Of a stretch of DNA of 64,000 nucleotides, positions 53,678-64,000 are shown piece by piece. The translations under genes were made by a program, and so were the position numbers. The stretch covers positions 27,590,001 to 27,654,000 of the forward strand of contig OX597826.1 of assembly GCA_951406725.2 (NCBI GenBank), in the 5' to 3' direction. Positions within the stretch are counted from its first letter, which is position 1, and each line of letters opens with the position of its first letter. The notes beneath the pieces were generated by a model. The model was not told the origin of the DNA. It searched no databases and worked only from the letters and a program-made list of their open reading frames with translations. The stretch comes from Octopus vulgaris (taxonomy: Eukaryota).

Positions 53678-54122
53678 TTTGTTATGAGCATAATATGCTG
53701 TGCTAGATGAAAAACAGTACCGGAGTCCCATATGCAAAAAGTACAACCTATTAAGTTCGGATGTATCTTTCAAATGCCTTTACTTTTGGCGCGCTGAGAC
53801 TCGAAAAACCAGCCTGCAGCTAATAATTAGCAGCAGTCAATTTATCGGTTTGAGAACATATATTTCATATTTAAAAATTAAGGGTAAAAATTGATATTAG
53901 TCAATTAAAACCAGTGGTCTAGCACATTAAAAAGAATCCGAAGATTAAAATATTTATATATACCAATTAAGGACTGAACACGAAAAAGTGGACAGTCAAC
54001 ATGCTAGATATAGACGTCAAATCGCCATTCTTCACAAAGATTTTGTTCTCAAATAAAATAAAATTCAGCACGACCTAAAGCAATAGATAAGACAAAAGAA
54101 ATATACGAAATGGAATAATCAC

Positions 54123-54184
54123 CTGCGTACCGAACGGTTTCAGCTATTAATATCACAAGGATATCTGTAGCTTCGTCAGCGCAG
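54123..54184 (-). ncRNA. Type I hammerhead ribozyme, copy 2
   Basis: Identical to 53616-53677, 507 bp away. Confidence 0.88.
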
Positions 54185-54446
54185 TTTGTTATGAGCATAA
54201 TATGCTGTACTAGATGAAAAACGGTACCGGAGTCCCGTATGCAAAAAGTACAACCTATTAAATTCGGATGTACTTTAATTTCCTTTATATTTAAGATTCA
54301 CTATTAATATCCCTACTCTTTCTGTTAGCTACTTATGACGTTATATCATATAACATTTTTTTAAACTATTAATAGCGTTCTGTCTATCGCTATACAAATC
54401 CATCATTTTTTGCTAAAATGTCTTATTGACGAGTTTGGTTTTTTTC

Positions 54447-54532
54447 ACTTTCCTGAGGAGAAGATTGCATTGTTTATACCATTTATTCTTTTGAATAGTA
54501 TCAGTGGAATTTTCGAAACATGTGTCGAAAGT
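54447..54532 (+). ncRNA. Type I hammerhead ribozyme, unrelated family
   Basis: actttc-CTGAGGA-gaagatt...aattttc-GAAA-c-atgt-GTC-gaaagt; perfect 6-bp stem I. Confidence 0.82.
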
Positions 54533-54599
54533 AAAAATATTTGATTACACCTGCGTTAAACTCCATTTATTTATTCATATATATATATATATATATATA

Positions 54600-54741
54600 T
54601 TAGTACAGGACAGTACAAATAAACGTAGAATACAACGAGAAACGAAAACATAAAATCAAACAAGGAAAAGTCCGTTTCCTTGTTTGATTTTATGGTTTCG
54701 TTTCTCGTTGTATTCTACGTTTATTTGTACTGTCCTGTACT

Positions 54742-54743
<2 letters not shown>
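54600..54743. repeat. Near-perfect hairpin, ~69-bp arms and 6-nt loop, in (TA)n
   Basis: One mismatch between arms; loop agtccg. Confidence 0.92.
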
Positions 54744-54782
<39 letters not shown>

Positions 54783-54885
54783 GCATGTATATATACATAT
54801 AGATGTAGGTATGTACATATATGTATAGATGTATGCATATGTTTTATTTATCAAATTGTTATTATATATATTATATATATATTGT

Positions 54886-55205
54886 TATTATGTTTTCGGT
54901 TTTTTTATATTGTTACCATTTTATTGGGATCCTCTACCGTCATATGTTGTGGTGTGTGCTATTGTTCCATTCTATTTTCCCATTCAGGCTAGGTTTATTT
55001 TCTATTATGTGTGTAGCTTCTGTAATTTGTCTGATTGTTGCATCTGTTCTATGTGTGGACAAATTACAGAAGCTACACACATAATAGAAAAAAAATCTAG
55101 CCTAAATAGGAAACTAGAATGGAACACTAGCACACACCACAACATATGCCGGTAGAGGATCCCAATAAGATGGTTACAATATAAACAAAACCGAAAACAT
55201 AATAA
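54886..55205. repeat. Inverted repeat, ~145-bp arms and ~26-bp spacer
   Basis: tattatgttttcgg...gtagcttctgtaatttgtc / gacaaattacagaagctac...ccgaaaacataata. Confidence 0.9.
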
Positions 55206-56006
55206 ATAAAATACACAGATAAATAAACAAATAGAAATAAATAACTATTTTTTTTTAATTTAAAAGATTTTTATTTATTTATTATTATCATTACTAGTAT
55301 TGTTGTCATACATACATACATACATACATACATGCAAGCATATGTAATAATAATAATAAGTGGATGTAAACACATGAACAAAATAAGAATAAACAAAAAA
55401 ACAACAACAACAAAAACAAATTACATGAAAGTATATAAACAGAAGATACAAATATTACAGGCATCCCCCCCACACACACACAATAAATAAACATAGACGC
55501 ACATAGAGATATAAGCATGCGCAAGTGAAGACATACAATAGAAATACAAAATGGCTGACGGTTAGTAAGGAGAGACACAAATAGGAAAGAAGAAAATGAA
55601 GGACCACTGATGCGGTCTCAGGAGTGTGACGAAAGAGATTTGGCCGTAATAAGATTAAGATTAAGGTAAAAAATAAATAACACTGAAGCAAAGTAACACC
55701 AAATATATAGTGCGTGTGTTTTTATTGGCTAAACTGGCAAAATGACCATAACAATATATAACAATATCTGTTTCAACATACGACTTCACATAAAAAATCT
55801 TGCACAACAAATATATAGACTTGTTTTATTTATATTTCCTGAGCGCCATACTAATACAATTGTTTGTTTGTATTCCACCTGCCTTAGTCTTTTGTTTATT
55901 TCCGTAAACCTGCCTTCGTCTTTTGTCTATTTTCATAAAGCTTCCCGTTATATTATATATATATATATATACACATATACATACACACACACATATATAT
56001 ACATAC

Positions 56007-56285
56007 ACGTGAATTCGCATGGCCTAATGCATGTGCGTTTTGCATTCGAGATCGTGTGGTCGTGGTTTCGATTCCCAAACCGGCTGCACTCAGTGCGCTT
56101 GAGCAAAACGCATCATTTCATGTTGCTTCACTCTCCTCAGATAAAAGTGGGTAACGCTGCGAGGTCAAAAATTACATTTACTCACCTAGACCGTGGGCTA
56201 GCATCATAAAGCTAAAACGAAACAGAGCACATAGTGACCATCGTTGTATAACAACATCCGATCGTCTGTTCGATCACGTGATCAT
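56007..56285 (+). mobile_element. Degenerate tRNA-derived SINE
   Basis: gcatggcctaatg...ggtttcgattccc...cttgagcaaaac. Confidence 0.55.
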
Positions 56286-56714
56286 GTAATATACACAGAG
56301 ATACACACACGCACACACGTACACACATACATATCGAAGTTAAACGTCGACTGTCCGGAACCATTGCTTCCATAGTCATTCGCGTTATTGATTTTTCCAA
56401 AGCAGCGGTGGTCACCTCTAAAATAAACAAAGATTAAATTTACTTAAATAATTAAACGGAATGCAGGTGCGTGTACTTTAGTATGTATGATACAAATTTA
56501 TCAATACCGTACTGTACAAGGTGCTAATATATTAGTCTGGCGGCGGGGAGGATCTGAAATTCTTGTTCGTAAATTAGTGCGGATCATCAGTGATTCCGGA
56601 CCATCCAGTGCCCGGAGATCGGGTGGTGTAGCTGTATCATTCCCATAATCACATATATCATTACCTATTCTACTATAAATAGTTTCAAAACTACAATTAA
56701 TATGAACCATATCA

Positions 56715-57718
56715 ATGATACCACTTTCACCGCCACCACTTCCACTACCACCGCCGCCACCACCACCACCTACACCACCACCACCATCACCACCGCCGCT
56801 ACCAACATCATCACCACCAATACTATCGCATCAACATGACTACTACTACTACTACTACCACTACTAATACTACTACTATTACTACTACTATTATTAGTGC
56901 TACTACTACTACTGCTACTACTACTACTACTAGAATTTAGTCGCTGTGACCACCACCATAGCAACCACCACCACCATCACAACCACCACTACCACTAGCA
57001 GCATTCATCAGTGTCACAATAACGGCAACTTTCGGTAATACCACCAGCACCAACACATACTTTGGCCTCTACCATAACCAATAGCCCTACGAAAACCGCA
57101 ACTAATACTCCTAGCCAAACAAATCACAGCCACAATAACCACTGCATCCATTTGCAGTACTACCCCTATAACTGGTACATCAACCACCGTAAATACCACT
57201 GCGAGCACACAGCACCACCACCCCAGTATATAGCGACACCTATACAGCTACCGCTAACACGATCAACACCACAATAGTTAACATCACCGACAATACCACC
57301 ACCATCACTACCACTACCATCACCATCACCACCACCTTTATTTCTATTACTTTTACCAGGACCACAGCCACCACTATCACCACCACTAGCACTACTATCA
57401 CTTTCACCACAGCATACCAACAGTACCACCACCAACACCACTACTACAGTTACTGCCACCAGCATCACTAGTACAACTATCACCCCGACGAACACTACCT
57501 GCACCGCTTCTACTGCCATCAACACCACTACCAACACCACAACCACAACTACCACCAGTACTACCATCCCCACTACCACTAAAACGATCACCTCCATCAC
57601 CATATGTTCTACGTTCACCACAACAGATCGTCACTACCACCACCACCCGCCACCACCGCCACCAACACCATACCATTCGCCGCCACTACAACCACCACCA
57701 CCGCAACCACCGTCACCG
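56715..57718. repeat. (ACC/ACT)n low-complexity tract
   Basis: Degenerate trinucleotide repeats. Confidence 0.75.
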
Positions 57719-58200
57719 TTATACACCAGCGTTTGGTTTCTTTTCTACATTATTTATGAAGCAGCCATTGTTACCAGAGATTTCAAACCAACTCGATTCC
57801 GGATCACAAAAGGAACCGAGTTTCTCTTTGAACTTTCGTGAAAAGCCAATTTTACAGATGGTCTCACTAAGGAAATGCTTTATGCAATGATGATAATGCA
57901 AAAGTTAGGCTTCTGCCCGCTACGTGAGTGTTTCTGAGTGTGTGTGTGTGTGAGTATATAGACACACACATATATATATATGTGTGTGTGTGTGTGTGTA
58001 TATATACACACAGATACACAAATATATGTATATGTATTTATGCATAAACATACATATATGTATATTTATGTATATTTGGGTGTATATATATGTATATATA
58101 TATACATACATATATATACATGCACAAATATATGTATATGTATTTATGCATAAACTTATACATATATGTATGTTTATGTATATCTGTGTATATGAATATA

Positions 58201-58244
<44 letters not shown>

Positions 58245-58845
58245 TGTAAATAGATATGTATGTATATGTAAACATAATTACACACATAGACGCAAATATA
58301 TTTATGTATGTGTTTTTGCATTAATGTTGATTAAATAAGAACCAGCAATTGTGTAGACAAATGAAAACCAGTTTTCAATGACATTAACCACCAAACGCAC
58401 CGTACATGGACGCACAGTCATACATGCGTGAGATCGTACATGCGCGCACACAAACACACCCAACCACACAAATGAATTCAACAGTCATACAAAACATTTC
58501 CGCTACAACTCCGAGAATACCTAAAGGTGATACATCAATATACGCGCGCGCGCGCAGTGTTCGTGCGAGTGTGTGCGTGTGTATGAATATATACATATAT
58601 ATATATATATATATGCATCTATATATATGTATATATATATACATGCGTATATATATATGTATATATCTATGTATGCATATATATGTGGGTATATATATAT
58701 GTATATATATGTGTATATATTTACATATCTGTATGTAGAAGTATGTATGTATTTATATAATGACACGCACACACACACTCACATATACACATACATGTAT
58801 ATATATACACACACACACACATGTATGTGTATATATATATATAAA

Positions 58846-58916
<71 letters not shown>

Positions 58917-59019
58917 TATACATATATATATACACACATATATATATACATACGCTCATATAATTTCGCGCGCAAGGAGTGGATATTGTATAAAAGATAA
59001 AGCAACATCCCTGACATTC

Positions 59020-60400
59020 TTAATTTGTGTGATTCAGGAACTGGGATATTCCGACTAAATATTTTGCAGTATTTTTCCGACTGTACAGTCGACAGATCAA
59101 ATCCTGCCGAAGTCGAGTTTAAGTTTGATACCACACCGGTCGTTAAAATCAAGTACCTTTTGAGGACGATGTAATCGAATAGCACCATTCCTTTCAAAAT
59201 GTTTTCCCTTGTGTCTAAATAGCAAAAAATAGCTCCGTGAACTGGGAGACCGTTATTGATATGGAGAAAACACTTTGCTCTGTTTGAATCGTCTCTCTAC
59301 TTTCTGAGTTCGAATTCCGTCGAAGTCACTTTTACCTTTCATTCTACAGGTATCAGTCAAGTATTAGCATCGGGATAGCCGTCTTTAAACCAAACTTGAA
59401 ATTATTATGATAGTAAATAAAATATTCTATCGGTACTTTTTGCCAGCCTTTACGTTACGGGGACATCATCAAACTAACACCGGTTCCATTTAAGTATTGG
59501 TATTGGTGATGGCGACTAAACCCTCGCCTTACATAGCTGGCCTTTTGCTAAATTTTAAATCAAGATGGTAACCTCACAGACTCGTTAACGCGTCGGACAA
59601 AATTTTTATCAGCATTGCTTCCGGTTCTTAGCATTCTCCATTCAAAAACCGCCGAAATCACTTTCAGCTTTTCATCCTAATACGGTCGATAAAGTGAAGT
59701 ACTTGTCAGGTATTCTTTTCTTATTTCTTTACTGCCCACAAGGGTTTACACACAGAGGGGGACAAATAAGGACAGACAAACGGATTAAGTCGATTATATC
59801 GACTCCAGTGCGACTCCCGAAAGGATGAAAGGCAAAGTCAAACTCGGCGGAATTTGAACTGAGAACGTAGGGGCAGACGAAATACCAATTTCTTTACTGC
59901 CCACAAGGGGCTACACACAAAGGGGACAAACAAGGACAGACAAACGGCTTAAGTCGATTATTTCGACCCCAGTGTGTAACTGGTACTTATTTAATCGACC
60001 CCGAAATAATGAAAGGCAAAGTTGACCTCGGTGGAATTTGAACTCAGAACGTAGCGGCAGACAAAATACGCTAAGCATTTCGCCCGGCGTGCTAACGTTT
60101 CTGCCAGCTCGCCGCTTTAGGCACAAGGCCCTCCCCAACATTTCAGGCTTTGTGCCTATAATATTATTAAGGCGACGAGATGGTAGACTCGGTAGAGCGT
60201 CGAAACATTTTTACTTATTTATTTATTTTCTTTTTTTTTTGCGGTCTTTACTCCGACACTTTACATTCTGAGTTCAAATCTTGCCTGGGTCATTTCGCGC
60301 ATGTTATCCTACCAGTGTTGATAAAATAATCGAGCTATCAAATCAAATCGAGAGATTGATAGTGTCGAACAACCCCTGATCCGCTCCTTCAACCACACCC
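59020..60400. mobile_element. SINE cluster including two minus-strand copies with LINE-like tails (59724-59886, 59888-60118)
   Basis: tttctttactgcccacaagggg(c/t)tacacac...ggacaaa ends; degenerate plus-strand copies on either side. Confidence 0.8.
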
Positions 60401-61131
60401 CCACTTGCACGCATACTTCCATCAAACTGCTAGTCTCATGATAATAGTAGTCACCATTTCTGAGTTTATTATCATTAATTTTTATGCCGGCTACGTTTTG
60501 GTTAATCATGGTCGCCATACTTACTTTGAATTCATTAATCATATGATAAATCGGAAATATTTTAATCTTATAAATCGACTCCAGAAGACACGTATTCATA
60601 GATTTATAGTAAATCTAATACAAATAAGTCTATATGTTTAAATTAAACGATTTTCAAAGCATGTAAACGTATCAATTATGTATTGGATACTGATCATCAA
60701 AAGATACAGATTGTACCAAGTCTTTTCTTAATTATTATCTTTTTATTTCGTTTTATATCATGTTATTTTATTATTTTTTATATTATGTTATTTTTTTAAT
60801 TTATTTTTTCTTGTGAATGTTACTCAGGCTGAAATGTAAAGGTTAGACGTTCTAATAGCAGAAGTTCAGAAAATGAAATATAAATATTAAAATTAAAGAG
60901 CGAATAAAAAACTACAAACAAGATTAATAATTTGTCTAACGCAAAATACTAATTAAGATTACGACAGTAAAATGTGTCTGTATATGCGTGCGTTTATATG
61001 CGAATATATGTATACGTGTGTGTATGTATACATCCATATATACATACGTACATACATACATATGCACACACACACATACACACACATACATATATATATA
61101 TAATTGCGTAGGTATGTGTGAATATGAGGGA

Positions 61132-61167
<36 letters not shown>

Positions 61168-61652
61168 TGTGGGGGGAGAATGGGAATGAGAGAGAAATGA
61201 TTAAAAATACTATATACTAAAATTATTTTTAAATTTCCCAAACAAAAAAGGAAAAAAAACACACACAAACACACACAAAGCAGAGACAAAAAATAATAAA
61301 AACAAAGCAATACCAACCACACATTGCCACTACTTCAAATTCGTGTCACTTTGAAAGTAGCCAATTATAATATTGATGAGGAAGATTTTAGAATAATTAA
61401 TCAACCTGAAGCAATTAATTCAAATAATTAGTGATTAAGTTTCAGATGGACGGGAAAAACTTCAGCATACATTTAAAAGTTATAAAACAATTAAATAAAT
61501 ATATGTTTAATAAATAAATAAATAATTGTATAAATATATAAATGGTATTACCTTATTTGGAAGGTGGAGTGTGGGATTTAAATCTATACACTGAGAAAAG
61601 ACTGAAGTCTAGATTTATTTAGAATCATGCCACAGCACGCACTCTCTCTTTT

Positions 61653-61708
<56 letters not shown>

Positions 61709-62106
61709 TATATACATATATATATAAACACACACAGATACATACACACACACACGAGGGTGTGTATATATATGTCTCTCTGTGGGTTTCAATGTAAAAG
61801 TTTAGGGCGTACATGGTGTATATAGAAGTATACACATGTATATACATCGCAATAATTTCTATGTAATGGCGATGTTTTGGTTTTTTTTTTAGATATTTTC
61901 AAATGTATTTTTCGTTTTCTTTCTATCATTTGATTAAATAGCCTCAATTTGGTTTCATAATCTCTTTCTCATTTCGATCTCTTTTAAAGTTCTACATCTG
62001 TCTGTTGGTCTTTCTGTCTGCGTGTCTGCTGCTCCGTTTTTCTTTCCCTCTTCGACTCCCACCTCTCTCTCACTCTCTCTCTAATTCTCTCTCTCTCTCT
62101 CTCTCA

Positions 62107-62143
<37 letters not shown>

Positions 62144-62263
62144 CCAATATATTTGTTGTCTGCATGTATAGAGACATTCAAACGCACATTTGAAGATGAT
62201 GATGATGAACATCATCATCATGGTCATAACGATGATAGTAATCATGATCATGGTGTATCTTTA

Positions 62264-62318
<55 letters not shown>

Positions 62319-62426
62319 ATATAAAGATACCCCACGGTTGTGTATGTGGGAGTGTTTGTGTAAACATAAATATGCATCTATCTAACTATCTATATCTATC
62401 TATCTATCTATTTATCTATCTATCTG

Positions 62427-62495
<69 letters not shown>

Positions 62496-62509
62496 TTGTC
62501 TATCTATCT

Positions 62510-63135
62510 GTGGCTATGGCGAAAGAGTGTATCTGGTGGACGCGTCTGAAAGGATTGGAGACAAGCACTTTCCTCTCTGATCAACCTCTCATCAAATTCT
62601 TCAAGTACCACTTGAAAAGGAAAGTGAGAGTAGAGAGGCAAGTTTTGTCTAGCGAACGTTTTAAAAAAGATGGGTGAATGTAGCAAGGATGGCACGTATG
62701 AATGACAAAGCCACCTTGAGCATAATCCTATGAACCCAGAAATTGAAAACAGAGGGTTACCCACTTGCAAACAAATGTGGTAACATATAACAATATTGAC
62801 CAAGGTTAAGGTGGTCTTTTTCGTAGGCTTTTCTTCCCACGGATAAACCTTACTTGCTTTCCCCTTTACATCATACATCATGACACTGTGATACACGATC
62901 CCTATTGATCGTTTTTTTCCTCTTTTTTCTTCTTTTTTCATTTTTCTTTTCTTTTGTTCCTTTTCCCTTTTTCATTTTTTCTTTTCCTTTTTTTCTTTTT
63001 TTTGTTCTTTTTTCCCTTTTACGATCCCTTTTGATCGAAAACCTACGCCACCTTTTTTTTTCTCCCCCAAAAGAAAAGCTCTACCTTGTAACTTGTCCCA
63101 TCTGTGTGCAGCCCTGTGTGTCCAATAAATAAACT
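62510..63135 (+). mobile_element. 5'-truncated L1/Tx1-type LINE in (TCTA)n, subfamily B
   Basis: AMAKECIWWTRLKGLETSTFLS...FFKYHLKRK plus a 3' UTR matching 25892-26220; TCTA at both junctions. Confidence 0.93.
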
Positions 63136-63457
63136 TATCTATCTATCTATATCTATATCTATCTATATATATATATATAAACATACACATACGCATACAT
63201 ATGTATGTACTCATGTGTGTGCGACTTTATGTCTGTGTTTGTCCTCCCACCATCACTTGACAACTGATGGTGGTGTGTTTACGTCCCCGTAACTTAGCAG
63301 TTCGGCAAAAGAACCCGATGGAATAAGTACTACACTTACAAACAATAAGTCGTGTAGTCGATTTCTTCGACTAAAAATCAATTTAAGGCGGTGCTCCAGC
63401 TTGGCCGCAATCATTTGATTGAAACAATAAATAGAATAAAATTATGCACATATATAC

Positions 63458-63522
<65 letters not shown>

Positions 63523-63908
63523 TACTCGTATGTATGTATGTGTGTGTGTATGTATATATATATATGTATATGCATGTGTATATATATATATATATGTATA
63601 AATATATATATATATATATAATATATATATATACACAAACACACACATATATGCATACACATGTATAAAATTATTTCCTGATATTTGAAAAATTTCGGGA
63701 TATACAAAAATAAATTAATTAAGGTGATTAATTATATATAAAATATCTTTGAGAATGCAGATTAACAAAGACATTCTTAATGTGTATTTAAATTATGTTT
63801 GCATAATTAATAAAATTAATTAAAAATTTTTCTTTTCAATATATACTAATATGCATTATCTCTCTGTCTTTCTCTTTCTCTCTGTCTCTCTTAAAGATTT
63901 ATATATAT

Positions 63909-63909
<1 letters not shown>

Positions 63910-64000
<91 letters not shown>
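63910..64000. repeat. (GATA)n microsatellite running off the window
   Basis: Seen directly. Confidence 0.95.

Larger units (their letters stand above)
53451..54272 (-). mobile_element. Partial tandem repeat (507-bp period) carrying two hammerheads; PLE pseudo-LTR or retrozyme-like
   Basis: 53451-53765 matches 53958-54272 almost exactly; starts at a (TA)n tract. Confidence 0.75.

Noticed and set aside
56501-57901. Gly/Ser-rich minus-strand protein with unique-looking ends
   Set aside because: Needs several frameshifts and crosses stops; resembles the non-coding GGT tract at 29960-31045. RNA-seq could overturn this.

Overview
Eukaryotic, AT-rich, microsatellite-saturated DNA with no host protein-coding gene I can support. 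The SINE and microsatellite landscape looks like an Octopus (cephalopod) genome; this is inference from remembered repeat families, not a search result. Nearly all ORFs in the track are translations of simple repeats. The real content is mobile elements. (1) An apparently full-length ~5.9 kb L1/Tx1-type LINE (40073-45960): ORF1 has a CCHC knuckle; ORF2 is uninterrupted APE-RT-zinc finger. It has four 5'-truncated relatives, and all five sit in (TCTA)n/(GATA)n tracts in the same orientation, suggesting GATA-microsatellite targeting. Its 3' stem-loop tail is shared with a tRNA-derived SINE subfamily. (2) At least five R4/Dong-like families, four with RLE-type coding remnants, all in or abutting (TAA)n. 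(3) Penelope-like pieces in (TA)n: a GIY-YIG fragment, long inverted repeats and several type I hammerhead ribozymes, two of them in a 507-bp tandem. (4) An internally deleted mariner with intact TIRs, many SINEs and local duplications. Boundaries were read by eye; those of degenerate repeats are approximate.
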